A stretch of 64,000 bases of DNA from an uncultured delta proteobacterium (GTDB lineage Bacteria > Desulfobacterota > Syntrophia > Syntrophales > CAMTWB01). The DNA is taken from contig CAMTWB010000007.1 in NCBI GenBank assembly GCA_947085375.1, forward strand, positions 44,261-108,260, read 5' to 3'. Both the position numbers and the translations under genes were made by a program. This document shows positions 1 to 9,593 of this stretch, piece by piece. The notes under the pieces were generated by a model. It did not search any database and had not been told where the DNA came from. It saw only the letters and a list, made by a program, of their open reading frames with translations. Every line of letters begins with the position of its first letter. Within the stretch, counting starts at the first letter, position 1.

Positions 1-404
1 GCATTCGTAAAATAGCGGCGGTAAACCGAGCGCAAGAGCTCCGCCCGGAGAACGGGCATATTCTTGGGGTCCCCGGTGCCGATGTAAAAATGACACTTGT
101 CGGCGCAGGCGCCGCAACGCACACAGATATCCATGAAGAGGCGAAAGGAACGATACTTTTCCAGCCTTTCTTTAAACCCTTCCAGGATGATCTCTTTCCA
201 ATTTTCCGGAAGCATCCAATCTGCATCCGGGGGTTGCCAGGCCCGCGGGTTGGGCAGGCCAAGTGTATTTAAACTTTTGGGAGTCCCGCTATAGCTCCAG
301 GTGCCCGGCCGGAAGATGGTCGGCGTCTCCATCCAGGGCGTCTGAGGGGGCAGGTACTTGATGTCGATAAGTTCGTGTGGTTTAGGTATCTTAGCAAAGG
401 ACAT
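1..404 (-). CDS. dsrK: DsrK N-terminal part (gene continues beyond left edge of window)
   Basis: Absent from the ORF track because it is truncated. My reverse translation from the ATG at 404-402 gives MSFAKIPKPHELIDIKYLPPQTPWMETP...FMDICVRCGACADKCHFYIGTGDPKNMPVLRAELLRSVYRRY. This matches the conserved DsrK N-terminus and its 4Fe-4S Cys motif. It starts 3 nt after the dsrM stop. Confidence 0.8.
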   Translation of the reverse strand, partial: MSFAKIPKPHELIDIKYLPPQTPWMETPTIFRPGTWSYSGTPKSLNTLGLPNPRAWQPPDADWMLPENWKEIILEGFKERLEKYRSFRLFMDICVRCGACADKCHFYIGTGDPKNMPVLRAELLRSVYRRYFTN

Positions 405-406
405 GA

Positions 407-1396
407 CTACTCCTTCTCCACGGGCAGGCCGGCTTCTTTCATCTGCCCCCTGAAATCATTTTCGTACTCCTCGTAGGTATGAACCTTCACCGGGGCATTC
501 CAGGGATTGACATGCCTTTTCCTGCGGCTGTCGTTGGCCAGATTCCGGGTTGGGCTTAAGAATATTCCCCCCAGGTGCATGAGCTTGCTGAAAGGGAACC
601 AGATAAAAAGGGCACAGACAAAAAAGAGGTGGATATAAAAAAACGGACTTAACCCCTTGGGAACCGTCGGCGTAAAGGTCAGCCAGCCTAAGGCCAGGGA
701 CTTGACCGCAAGCAGATCAACGGGAAAGAAGTAGCGCATCAGGATGCCGGTTACAACCGCCCCGAAGAGCAAGAGCAGTGAAAAGTAATCGCTGAAGAGC
801 GACAAGTAGCGAATCCGCGGCGCCAGCACCCGGCGGAGCATCAGGAAGGTGAGACCAGTAATAATCAGAACATTGCTTAGATACAGCGTGGGCAGGCCAA
901 TCTCGAAAAATCCATCAAGGGCGGATAGGGTATTGATCCAAGGAGCGATCGGTTCGATAAAAAGGCGCAGATGGCGAAGCAAAATGATCAAAAGCGACCA
1001 GTGGAAGGCCAGCGCGAAAAACCATAGCCACTTGGAGCTGGTATAGAGGGTACGTCCGTAACCAATTTCCGCCCGGCTGTTGCGGAAGAGCGACCGGAAA
1101 AACAGCACCTCCAGGAGCATTCGCCCGATAACACCCCATTTGCCCGCCGGGCTTTCCAGCGGGTTCCATTTTATCCAAGGCAGGGACTTCCCCTGGCCGC
1201 AGGTGGTGGGAATGCGAAAGGGAACGGGAGACCTCGCCCAGAGGAGCATCCGGTAGATAAACCCCAGGATAAACAGGGTCAAGGCCCCGTAGGGAAGAAC
1301 CAGGGCGAGCAGGCCCGTCCAGCCGGCTGCCAGGGCCGCCAGGGGAAGCACGATCAGAATACCTGCGGCAATCAGGGATGTGACGAGATGATTCAT
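407..1396 (-). CDS. dsrM: DsrM, NarI-type membrane dihaem cytochrome b of the DsrMK(JOP) complex
   Basis: 329-aa polytopic membrane ORF immediately followed by dsrK, and part of the dsr gene string. Confidence 0.8.
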   Translation of the reverse strand: MNHLVTSLIAAGILIVLPLAALAAGWTGLLALVLPYGALTLFILGFIYRMLLWARSPVPFRIPTTCGQGKSLPWIKWNPLESPAGKWGVIGRMLLEVLFFRSLFRNSRAEIGYGRTLYTSSKWLWFFALAFHWSLLIILLRHLRLFIEPIAPWINTLSALDGFFEIGLPTLYLSNVLIITGLTFLMLRRVLAPRIRYLSLFSDYFSLLLLFGAVVTGILMRYFFPVDLLAVKSLALGWLTFTPTVPKGLSPFFYIHLFFVCALFIWFPFSKLMHLGGIFLSPTRNLANDSRRKRHVNPWNAPVKVHTYEEYENDFRGQMKEAGLPVEKE

Positions 1397-1457
1397 GGCT
1401 TCATAATCCGTAAATGCTTTTGGTGTTTAGGCCGAAGGCCCCTGTCTCTGCCTTTTC

Positions 1458-1518
1458 GGTTCAGGATTGCAGCCTGAACCGGGAATTAATGTTTTGGTTC
1501 AATCTGCAAGATTGAACC
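1458..1518. repeat. Two adjacent palindromes: GGTTCAGGATTGCAGCCTGAACC (1458-1480) and GGTTCAATCTGCAAGATTGAACC (1496-1518)
   Basis: Read directly. The second is identical to the core palindrome of the repeats in the 29.3-38.1 kb cassette region. Confidence 0.9.
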
Positions 1519-1528
1519 AGCCAAGCCG

Positions 1529-1584
1529 CCTTTAGCCTTTAGCCTTCAGCCTTCAGCCTTCAGCCTTTAGCCTTCAGCCTTTAG
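1529..1584. repeat. Tandem heptanucleotide repeat (CCTTYAG)x8; on the coding strand (CTRAAGG)x8
   Basis: Eight perfect-length 7-nt units counted directly. The array abuts the stop codon (1586-1588) of the DsrK-like gene, in the spacer before dsrM. Confidence 0.95.
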
Positions 1585-1585
1585 C

Positions 1586-2923
1586 CTATTTCCCCGAATA
1601 GTCCCTGCGTTCCGCGGCTTTTCCGTTGATCACGATGGCCCGGGAAAGCAGATCATGGACACCGCCGAGTTCCATGTCCAGGTGGTGGTACTCGATTAAC
1701 TGCGTGAGTTGACGCTTGCAGTTCGAGCAGGCTGCGGCCACATATTTGGCTCCCGTGGCAAGAATCTGTTCGACCTTCTTCTTCCCTGAGATATTCATCC
1801 GGAAGTCCAGGATGCTGTCCATGGCGGAGAGCCCGGCGCCGCCCCCGCAGCACCAGTTATCGCCACGGTTGGGATACATCTCGCGGAAGTCCGCACAGAC
1901 CGCATTGAGGATCACCCGGGGCTCATCAAGAATACCGCAGGAACGGCCGAAATTGCAGGGGTCATGGTATGTTACCGGTTGGGGATTTTTGCTTTTATCG
2001 AACTCGAAGCGATTGTTTTTAATGTGCAGGGCGGTCCATTGCAGGCAATTGATGATGGTGAAAGGAAGATCGCCCCACCACTTCCCCTTTTCCATGAGCA
2101 TCTTCATGATCCGATAGGCATGACCGCACTCGCCCATGAGCATCACCTTGGCGCCCAGGCGCTTCGCCTCCTCCACGTATCCCTTGTTGTCCTCCTTCAT
2201 GTGCGCGTCGTTACCCGTGAACAGCCCGTAGTTCGCGCCATCGAAAAACCGGGAACTCATCGTCCATTTGTCCGTCATGCCCAGGACATGAAAGATTTTG
2301 GCAATACCCATCGTCGCCTCGATGTTGACCAGCACATCCCCGGAAGGCGGTACGTAAAAGTACTCCGCCCCCACCACATCCACGGGAATCTTGATTGCTA
2401 CGCCGTGCTCGTCCATCATTTCTTCTTCCAGAAACTCCACGGCATTCATCAACGCCGCGGGGGAAGCCCCGTCGGTGTTCCCCGTCTTGAGAGAAACGCT
2501 GACGACCTTCGCCATATGCGGCGGCGTCAATCCCATTTTATCCACAATGCCCCGGGCTTTCCTCGTGACGACGGAGTGATCGAGGCCAAAGGGACAGTAC
2601 ATGGCGCAACGCCGGCAGCCCGTACATTCATAAAAAGACTCGACCCACTCTTTAAGTTCCTCGGGCGCGAAATCCCCGGCCCCGGAGAGCTTGGCCAGTA
2701 ATCGTCCCGTGAGGGTGCCGTAGCGCTTGTAAACCCGACGGATCAGTTCCGTCCTCTCCGCGGGATTGTATCTTTTTTCGCTTTTGCCATAATATACGGG
2801 ACACACCGAGGCGCAAGTGCCGCACTTGGCGCACATCTCCATGTTCATCCGTAAGGCCCGGGGGCCGTTTTTGATGGCCATAACCTCATCTATTACCTTG
2901 TTTTTCAGGTTACCGTCTGACAT
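1586..2923 (-). CDS. DsrK-like / HdrD-like iron-sulfur protein (two 4Fe-4S motifs plus CCG domains)
   Basis: 445 aa with CAKCGTCASVCP and CTGCRRCAMYCP ferredoxin motifs. The C-terminal half has CCG-type motifs (NWCCGGG, DPCNFGR). It is paired with a NarI-like membrane protein upstream. Confidence 0.7.
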   Translation of the reverse strand: MSDGNLKNKVIDEVMAIKNGPRALRMNMEMCAKCGTCASVCPVYYGKSEKRYNPAERTELIRRVYKRYGTLTGRLLAKLSGAGDFAPEELKEWVESFYECTGCRRCAMYCPFGLDHSVVTRKARGIVDKMGLTPPHMAKVVSVSLKTGNTDGASPAALMNAVEFLEEEMMDEHGVAIKIPVDVVGAEYFYVPPSGDVLVNIEATMGIAKIFHVLGMTDKWTMSSRFFDGANYGLFTGNDAHMKEDNKGYVEEAKRLGAKVMLMGECGHAYRIMKMLMEKGKWWGDLPFTIINCLQWTALHIKNNRFEFDKSKNPQPVTYHDPCNFGRSCGILDEPRVILNAVCADFREMYPNRGDNWCCGGGAGLSAMDSILDFRMNISGKKKVEQILATGAKYVAAACSNCKRQLTQLIEYHHLDMELGGVHDLLSRAIVINGKAAERRDYSGK

Positions 2924-2942
2924 TCATATCTCCCTAATTTGA

Positions 2943-3662
2943 TCAATTCTTCCGAATAAGCTGGTGCGTAAAGAATATCCCCCCCAGATGCAACAGTTTG
3001 CTGAAGGGAATACAGATCAGCAACAGTAACGATAAACCCATATGAACAAGGAAAAGATTGTTCTTCAGCACTGCCGCTTCGGTTACACCGGAAAATGACG
3101 CCAAGCCGGCAAAGTAGTTTCTGGTCAGCGTCAGGTCGAAATGATCCGTGCCAAAGCGCATCAGGTTGCCCGTCACGATGATCGCCAGGAGGAGCAGGAG
3201 GGCAAGGTAGTCGCCCGGCCCGGTGATCTCCCGGACACGGGCCAGGGTCACCCGCCTGAACAAGAGCAACAGCAGTGTCGCCATAATCAGTACCCCCGCC
3301 GCGCCGCCTACCCCGCCGGACATGGCCTTAATGCCCTCCTGAGTCATTCCCAGGGCAAAAAAAATCCCATCCACATTGGCAAAGACACGGAAATGGCCTA
3401 AAAATATGAGGGCCAATAGGGCATGAAAGCTCCAGGCAAAAAACCAGAGCGTCCGGTCGCCCTGGAAAAGACTCTTAAAAAACAAGGCCTCCTGGACCGT
3501 ATTGAGGAAATTGGCCGCCCCCGTGGGTGGAGAGGGAAAGAGGGTAATGGACGGTGAGGGAAGTTTGGTCCACACGTAAATACGGTAGCTCATCCCCGCG
3601 ATAAAGACCATAAGTGCAAGGTACGGGAGAATTGCCCCGACGATGAACCTGACGATTTCCAT
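2943..3662 (-). CDS. DsrM-like / NarI-family membrane cytochrome b (paralogue)
   Basis: Polytopic membrane ORF. The start is trimmed to the ATG at 3662 (MEIVRFIVG...), which sits 7 nt after AGGAGG. The ORF-track start at 3728 lacks an RBS. Confidence 0.65.
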   Translation of the reverse strand: MEIVRFIVGAILPYLALMVFIAGMSYRIYVWTKLPSPSITLFPSPPTGAANFLNTVQEALFFKSLFQGDRTLWFFAWSFHALLALIFLGHFRVFANVDGIFFALGMTQEGIKAMSGGVGGAAGVLIMATLLLLLFRRVTLARVREITGPGDYLALLLLLAIIVTGNLMRFGTDHFDLTLTRNYFAGLASFSGVTEAAVLKNNLFLVHMGLSLLLLICIPFSKLLHLGGIFFTHQLIRKN

Positions 3663-3764
3663 TTGCATGCCTCCTGTTAATAACAATGAACAATAATCAA
3701 TGAACAATGATAATTGACCGTTGATCATTGTTCATTGAAAACACGCTTCCTTGCTCTCGCCGCG

Positions 3765-4091
3765 CTACACGCAACCCGTCGGTTTCGAAAGGCCGGCGAG
3801 CTTGCAGGCTCCCTTGGCCGGTCCCGTGGGGAAAAGCTCATAAAGTCGCTTCATATCGATTCCATTGTCCTTGCAGAGCTTGCGAACCATCGGGGCAATG
3901 CCGAACTTGTTAAAATAATCCCGCAGGTAATTAATAATCTTCCAGTGCTCCTCTGTAAGCGGGCCTTCAATGTCTTCCATTTTGGCGTAAGCCTCGACAA
4001 ACTCCTCATTCCACTTGTCCAGTTCCTGAAGGAAACCATCTTCATCGACTTCATACATCTTTCCAGCTAATTCAATTGTGGGCATATCCAA
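3765..4091 (-). CDS. dsrC: DsrC (TusE/DsrC family) with the two conserved C-terminal cysteines
   Basis: 108 aa. It contains VDEDGFL, GIAPMVR and FPTGPAKGACKLAGLSKPTGCV at the C-terminus, which is the classic DsrC signature. Confidence 0.92.
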   Translation of the reverse strand: MDMPTIELAGKMYEVDEDGFLQELDKWNEEFVEAYAKMEDIEGPLTEEHWKIINYLRDYFNKFGIAPMVRKLCKDNGIDMKRLYELFPTGPAKGACKLAGLSKPTGCV

Positions 4092-4116
4092 AACCTCCGT
4101 AAATTTTTATCGCTTT

Positions 4117-5541
4117 TTAGCGGTTCATCTTTTTTTGGCCGGCATCGCTTTCGGCGCGATAGCTCCGGGCCTTGTCAATCAATGCCGATGCCCATTGGGG
4201 CGCACCCGCAGCGTGCAGATGGGAAAACCCGGCCAGGATGTTTTTCCGCACAAGGCCGTCTCGCCCGCCTCCCATGCCGGTGCCGCGAATGACCCGATAG
4301 GCGCACTGATCATCCCCGGCTCTCTTGGAAACAATCCGGCAGTAATGAAACTCGTGTCCGTTCATCCGGGCGCCTACGGGGAAAAACGGGTTTTCTCTGG
4401 CCACCTCCAAAACGGTGTACCCATGCCCCTGGGGACGCTTCTCCATCTTGAAGGCAACCGGCAAGGCGCCCACCATCGGGTATTGAATGTCGCCAACGGT
4501 CAGTGATTCCCCCAGGTATATAAACCCGCCGCATTCGGCGTATATCGGCAGACCATTTTCCGCCGCCTCGCGCAGGGACCGGCGAAAGGTCTCGTTTCCA
4601 GCAAGCAGCTCAGCTTGCGTCTCTGGAAAACCGCCGCCTATGTACAAGGCATCGATGGCAGGCAAGAATTTATCTTCAATGGCGCTGATTTCCACAATCC
4701 TGGCGCCACCTTCAGCCAAGGCCTCAATATTTTCCTGATAGTAAAACTGAAAAGCCGCATCCCGGATGATGCCTATAGCCACCGGCTTGCAGGAATCACT
4801 GGCTGCCGGCCCGGGCGTTGCGTCGGATGCGATATGTTCCCACTGCGGGGCGCTTCTGGCCGCTTGGATTATGGCTGCCATATCCAGATAGCGGTCGGCA
4901 ATGTCCCCCGCCTTGTTCAGGGCAGCCTGCACGCGGTGGTGCTCCTGCGGCGGCACCAGTCCTAAATGCCGCTGCGGAAAGGGGAGATCATCTACCCGCG
5001 GCACACAGCCAAAAACCGGGACACGGCAAATATCTTCCACGGATTTTGTTGCCAGGGCGGCATGACGTTCTCCCCCCACCCGATTGAGGATGACCCCCTG
5101 AATATTCAAATCCGGGTCCATCCGTTGACAACCCAGAACCATAGCGGCTGTCGTCCGGGTAACCTTGTCGCAATCGACCACCAGGATCACCGGGGCGGAC
5201 AAGAGCCTGGCCAGTTCGGCCGTGCTGTGCTCGCCCTCGTGATTCATGCCGTCAAAAAGGCCCCGATTCCCCTCAATCAGAGAGATGGAGCCTTCACGGG
5301 CGCGCCGAGTGAAGGAATCAAGAACCTGCGTACGGCCGATCAAAAAGGTATCCAGGTTATAGCAGGGGCCGCCTACCGCCTGGCCCAGCCAGGCGGCGTC
5401 GATATAATCCGGACCTTTTTTAAAGGGCACTACTGAAAGCCCCCTCCTTTGCAAGGCCACCGCCAAAGCCACCGTAATTGTGGTCTTGCCGGCGCCGCCC
5501 CGCAACGCGGCCACCACCAACCGAGGACAGAAGCGGCTCAT
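4117..5541 (-). CDS. dsrN: DsrN, cobyrinate a,c-diamide synthase-like sirohaem amidase
   Basis: 474 aa with an N-terminal P-loop (GGAGKTT) and a C-terminal glutamine amidotransferase-like half (AECGGFIYL). It lies between dsrD and dsrC. Confidence 0.8.
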   Translation of the reverse strand: MSRFCPRLVVAALRGGAGKTTITVALAVALQRRGLSVVPFKKGPDYIDAAWLGQAVGGPCYNLDTFLIGRTQVLDSFTRRAREGSISLIEGNRGLFDGMNHEGEHSTAELARLLSAPVILVVDCDKVTRTTAAMVLGCQRMDPDLNIQGVILNRVGGERHAALATKSVEDICRVPVFGCVPRVDDLPFPQRHLGLVPPQEHHRVQAALNKAGDIADRYLDMAAIIQAARSAPQWEHIASDATPGPAASDSCKPVAIGIIRDAAFQFYYQENIEALAEGGARIVEISAIEDKFLPAIDALYIGGGFPETQAELLAGNETFRRSLREAAENGLPIYAECGGFIYLGESLTVGDIQYPMVGALPVAFKMEKRPQGHGYTVLEVARENPFFPVGARMNGHEFHYCRIVSKRAGDDQCAYRVIRGTGMGGGRDGLVRKNILAGFSHLHAAGAPQWASALIDKARSYRAESDAGQKKMNR

Positions 5542-5554
5542 AGGTCGCCACCAA

Positions 5555-5806
5555 TCAGGAACACGTACCCCCGTCTTTCGGATAATGCTCCGCCAAAATC
5601 AGGTACGTCGAACTGCCGCTAGACCAGTAGCGGATGATTTCCTCTTCCAGCAGTTCTTTTACCGCGGTTTGGATGGCATTGCGGTCGTCACCTGGAAGCC
5701 AGCGAACAACATCCCGGATGTAGTACATCTTCTTGTCGCCGCCGGACTTCTGCCTGAATGCTTGCAGTACCCTCGCCTTTAAGTCTTCGCTCATGGTCAA
5801 CTCCAC
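5555..5806 (-). CDS. dsrD: DsrD
   Basis: Small ORF after dsrB containing YWSSGSSTY, the DsrD hallmark block. The start may be the internal ATG at 5794 (MSEDLK...). Confidence 0.85.
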   Translation of the reverse strand: MELTMSEDLKARVLQAFRQKSGGDKKMYYIRDVVRWLPGDDRNAIQTAVKELLEEEIIRYWSSGSSTYLILAEHYPKDGGTCS

Positions 5807-6858
5807 TTGAAGAGTGCGGACGAGCGGAAGGTTTCTGTCGCCAGATCAAAGTCATCGATGTGCTTGTCCGTAAAGGGAATCCCCGTTAAAGTGAAAAATC
5901 TCTCCCAACCGACTCGCTCGATCCACTCACCGACGCGCTCATGCTTTCGGGCATTGCTGGCATATATTTCGATGATCTTTTTGACGGCATTGACTACCTC
6001 CGGCCAGCGCGGCGGGTTGTTTGGCAGGAAGGGGATGGCCAGCTTGGAAAAGGCGGGAGCACTGCGGGCGTTCGACACCTTTCCCCCAACCCAGATCGAG
6101 ATGCCGTCGTTATCGGGATCGGCAATGGGCAGGGCGGGGCAGACCGTGTAGCAGTTGCCGCAGTACATGCACTTATCTTCGATCAGGGTGACGGTCTTTT
6201 TGTTCAAGTCACCCCGGATCGCCCCAGTGGGGCAGGAAGCCACGGTGGAGGGAATTTCACAAACATTGGGCACCCTGGTGTTATCCACCTTGGGCACTGT
6301 ACGATGGATTCCCAAAATGGCAATGTCCGAGCAGTGCACAGCGCCGCACATGTTGAGACAGCAGGCGAGCGCAATCCGCACGTGTGCCGGGAGCGTCATG
6401 CTCTCGAAGTAATCGTAAATTTCATCCATCAGCGCCTTGACCGGGCCTGAACCGTCCGTGGCCGGGGTATGACAGTGGATCCAGCCCTGAGTATGAATAA
6501 TGTTGGATATGGAGCGTCCCGTTCCTCCGACGGGGTAGTTTCGGCTCTTCAATTCCGCAATCAGCGGCTCTACCTTATCCGCACCGGTCGGGAAAAACTC
6601 AATGTTATGGCGGCTGGTGAAGCGCAGATAGCCGTCGCAGTACTTTTCGGCAATATCACAGATTTCCCGGATATGCTCCGTGGACAACAGACGCGCCGAG
6701 CCGGCACGGACCGTGTACATCTTTTCTCCCGATTCCGAAGTATGAACCAAAACTCCCGGGCGGGGAATTTCATGGTAACGCCATTTACCATAATTATTGC
6801 TGATCACGGGTGGCAGCATTCCCTTATAATCAGGGGGACCGATATCAGTTTTTGCCAT
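5797..6858 (-). CDS. dsrB: Dissimilatory sulfite reductase beta subunit
   Basis: 353 aa with sirohaem/4Fe-4S Cys clusters and a ferredoxin insert ([12 protein letters not shown]). It is adjacent to dsrA with a 1-nt gap. Confidence 0.9.
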   Translation of the reverse strand: MAKTDIGPPDYKGMLPPVISNNYGKWRYHEIPRPGVLVHTSESGEKMYTVRAGSARLLSTEHIREICDIAEKYCDGYLRFTSRHNIEFFPTGADKVEPLIAELKSRNYPVGGTGRSISNIIHTQGWIHCHTPATDGSGPVKALMDEIYDYFESMTLPAHVRIALACCLNMCGAVHCSDIAILGIHRTVPKVDNTRVPNVCEIPSTVASCPTGAIRGDLNKKTVTLIEDKCMYCGNCYTVCPALPIADPDNDGISIWVGGKVSNARSAPAFSKLAIPFLPNNPPRWPEVVNAVKKIIEIYASNARKHERVGEWIERVGWERFFTLTGIPFTDKHIDDFDLATETFRSSALFKWS

Positions 6859-6859
6859 C

Positions 6860-8053
6860 TTACTTATCCTCCTTCTTGATAATATCTTCCGGCCAGAAAA
6901 AGACGTACGGATTCGCCCGGGGCGCCTTTACCATCTGCGGTACCGCAGGAAGCCCGACCGCGCGCAGGAATTGCCTCATCCCCAGACGCTTGATCAGCTC
7001 ACCCAGCCTTTCCCGTGACTTGCCGTGCTCATCCCACCAGTCTAAAACCTTCAACAGAAGATCTTTCACCTCGTCATAGGGCGGCTCCAGCTTCATAAAT
7101 GGCACGATAACCCAGGACAGGAGAGCCCCTTCCAAAATCGGCGCTTTCCCTCCCACCAGGATGGTGGCGCCCCCCTCCTCGCCCGGCCGGAGCGCTTTGG
7201 ACATCAGGTTAATACAGTGCATACACCGGGTGCAGTCTTCGTTGTAGATTTTCAATTTTTTCCCGTCCCATTCCATGCACCTGGTAGGACAGAGGTCACA
7301 AACTTCTTTCTGAATGTTCAGGCCGGATTCCGCATAGGCCGCTACTTCCGCCTGATCGATGCGGATGTCCCCCTTCCATGTTCCGATTATGGAAAAATCA
7401 GACCGAGCAATGGAGGCAACGCAGTCATTGGCGCAGGCCGAAACCTTAAGCTTGAACTTGTACGGGAACATGGGGCGGTGAATCTTGTCCTGAAAAGACA
7501 TGGTGATGTTGTAGCAGATATCCAGACTGTCGATACAGGCCCACTCACAGCGCGCCGGCCCTACGCAAGCGCTGGGCGTTCTCAGCGCCGACCCGGAACC
7601 GCCCAGGTCAAATCCCGCCTCGGTAAGGTCGTCAAAGCAGGGTTGAATATGTTCGGTGTTAGTGCCAAGTAAGATGATGTCACCCGTCGAGCCGTGCATA
7701 TTGGTCAGACCGCTGCCATGCTTATCCCAAACATCGCAAAGGCGACGCAGGGTATCTGTTTTGTAAAACCAGCCCGTGGGATGGTTCACCCTCATGGTGT
7801 GGAAAGCCTGCACATTCGGGAAGAGTTCCGGGCGATCCGAGTAGCGCCCGATTACTCCGGCGCCGTAACCCTTGACGCCGACAATCCCGCCGTGCTTCCA
7901 ATGCCCTATCTTTTCCTTATAGGAAAGTTCCAACTGATTGAGAAGATCCGCCGCCATAGGTTTCTTCTCGGCCGCTTGCTTCATATCCTTAACGAAGCTT
8001 GGCCACCTACCCTCTTCCAGCTGATCCAGAAGAGGTGTTTTCGAGTCCGCCAT
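6860..8053 (-). CDS. dsrA: Dissimilatory sulfite reductase alpha subunit
   Basis: 397 aa with a conserved DsrA N-terminus ([27 protein letters not shown]) and Cys clusters ([23 protein letters not shown]). Confidence 0.9.
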   Translation of the reverse strand: MADSKTPLLDQLEEGRWPSFVKDMKQAAEKKPMAADLLNQLELSYKEKIGHWKHGGIVGVKGYGAGVIGRYSDRPELFPNVQAFHTMRVNHPTGWFYKTDTLRRLCDVWDKHGSGLTNMHGSTGDIILLGTNTEHIQPCFDDLTEAGFDLGGSGSALRTPSACVGPARCEWACIDSLDICYNITMSFQDKIHRPMFPYKFKLKVSACANDCVASIARSDFSIIGTWKGDIRIDQAEVAAYAESGLNIQKEVCDLCPTRCMEWDGKKLKIYNEDCTRCMHCINLMSKALRPGEEGGATILVGGKAPILEGALLSWVIVPFMKLEPPYDEVKDLLLKVLDWWDEHGKSRERLGELIKRLGMRQFLRAVGLPAVPQMVKAPRANPYVFFWPEDIIKKEDK

Positions 8054-8242
8054 GATGTTGCCTCCTTTCGTTTTTTAAAAAATATCTTGCTGTGAACTAT
8101 GATGACTTCTGGTTCAAGCACCGGTGGCACATCAGTAACTGCGAGGCTTCGCGCAACTTGCTTGTTTAGCTGACATGTACGTTTTTGCGATACGTAAACC
8201 GGTGTGGTTCTAGTGGTCTGGCCGTCCCAGGTTCGCACCGGT

Positions 8243-8271
8243 CTATTACTGATATCGGTGGCATTTGTCAA
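8243..8271 (-). promoter_or_regulatory. Candidate sigma70-type promoter for the dsr operon (TTGACA-N17-TAATAG)
   Basis: Read on the minus strand about 190 nt upstream of the dsrA ATG. This is a motif match only. Confidence 0.3.
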
Positions 8272-8330
8272 TCTATTATTTTCCTTTTCGTGAAGATTCA
8301 GTGTTGACGACTTTTTACGAGGTCGTCTTT

Positions 8331-9176
8331 TTAGTTGCGGGTAAATTTTCCAAGCAAACCCCTAGGCGAGGTGATTAATCTATTGATGCCCAATCTTATA
8401 TGGTCAACCCCCAGCGCCAGACCTAGCAACTGGGTGATATAAAGGACTGGAATCCTTATTTTCTCCCCCAGTTCCCGTTCAATCGCGTTTTGTTTGCCGT
8501 CCAGCATGAAATGGCACAGGGGGCACGCAACCACCAGGCAATCGGGCGCATACCGCCTGGCTACCTTCAATATCCTTCCGGCCAATTTAAGCGCCACTTT
8601 TTCTTTGGTGAGTAAGAGCCCGCCGCCGCAACAATCGACCTTATCGGGAAAGGAGAGGGGTTTCGCCCCCGTTAAGGCGATCAACTTCTCCATTATTTGG
8701 GGGTTCTCCCGGCTCTCCGTCCCGCCCGGAGGAAAGGGCCGCACGGTCAGACAACCGTAGTAGGGAAGGACCTTGATTCCCGCGAGGGAACAAACCAGGC
8801 GCCGTTTAATTTCTTCCGGCCCCAGGTCGAAGCCCAAGACATCCAGTAACTGCTTGACGTCGGGAAACCGGGAGGGAGAGGCCTTGGCTGTCTCGTCTTT
8901 CCGCAGCCGGTCAAGCGCCTGCTGGTGATTGAGGTAACAATTCGGACAGAGCGTCAGGAGTTCCCGGTTTGCCTTGGCCGCCTGCTCAAGGGTTTTTAAG
9001 GGCAGGCGCTCTGCCAGCTCTTTACTCAAGGATTTGGCCACCGTCGCGCCGCAACAGCCCCAATCGCCCGGTTCTTCGATTTCAATCCCGAGGTCAGGGG
9101 CAATCGCTTTAAAAGACTCTTCAAAATCACGGGCGGTTCCCTTCAGGGAGCATCCCGGATAATAGAGGTATTTCAT
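8331..9176 (-). CDS. HdrB-like heterodisulfide reductase subunit (two CCG domains)
   Basis: The start is trimmed to MKYLYYPGCSLKG (ATG at 9176), which overlaps the hdrC-like stop as ATGA. CCG-type Cys motifs are present (GCCGATV, VDCCGGG). Confidence 0.75.
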   Translation of the reverse strand: MKYLYYPGCSLKGTARDFEESFKAIAPDLGIEIEEPGDWGCCGATVAKSLSKELAERLPLKTLEQAAKANRELLTLCPNCYLNHQQALDRLRKDETAKASPSRFPDVKQLLDVLGFDLGPEEIKRRLVCSLAGIKVLPYYGCLTVRPFPPGGTESRENPQIMEKLIALTGAKPLSFPDKVDCCGGGLLLTKEKVALKLAGRILKVARRYAPDCLVVACPLCHFMLDGKQNAIERELGEKIRIPVLYITQLLGLALGVDHIRLGINRLITSPRGLLGKFTRN

Positions 9177-9589
9177 CGGATTTTCCCCCGTCGCCACAGT
9201 TGCAAAAAAAGCAGGGCCTGACCCAGAGGACGGCGGGGAAACCGGCATAGCGCCGATTTAAATCCGAGCCGCCACTCGCTGACCCGACCGCTCTTTTCGA
9301 TCATTTGCCTAAATATCCGGTAAAACGCCGGCGCTCTGACCTCCCCCAGCTCCTGGCCCTCTCGTCGCAATGCCAGCATGATCTCCAAAACCGGCAGCCC
9401 CCGGGGACATCTGGTGGAACAGGCCTGGCAGGTCGCGCAAAACCACAACAAAGGGCTCCGGCGGGCCTCTCCCCGTTGGTCAAGCTGGAGCAGCCGGATG
9501 ATTTGCCTTGGCGACTGACCTGACTCGAAGGCCACGGGACATCCCGCCGAGCAGCGGCCGCATTGAACACATGCTGATATCCTTTCCAT
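9173..9589 (-). CDS. HdrC-like 4Fe-4S ferredoxin subunit
   Basis: 138 aa with CVQCGRCSAGCP and CATCQACSTRCP motifs. It appears translationally coupled to the hdrB-like gene. Confidence 0.7.
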   Translation of the reverse strand: MERISACVQCGRCSAGCPVAFESGQSPRQIIRLLQLDQRGEARRSPLLWFCATCQACSTRCPRGLPVLEIMLALRREGQELGEVRAPAFYRIFRQMIEKSGRVSEWRLGFKSALCRFPRRPLGQALLFLQLWRRGKIR

Positions 9590-9593
9590 CGGC

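Noticed and set aside
90-294. Two plus-strand ORFs of 60 and 65 aa at the left edge.
   Set aside because: They lie antisense within the clearly recognisable dsrK N-terminal coding region.
1496-1518. GGTTCAATC... resembles a tRNA T-arm (GGTTCGAATCC), suggesting a tRNA gene or fragment.
   Set aside because: No acceptor, D or anticodon arms can be built around any copy. The sequence is a simple hairpin repeated many times.
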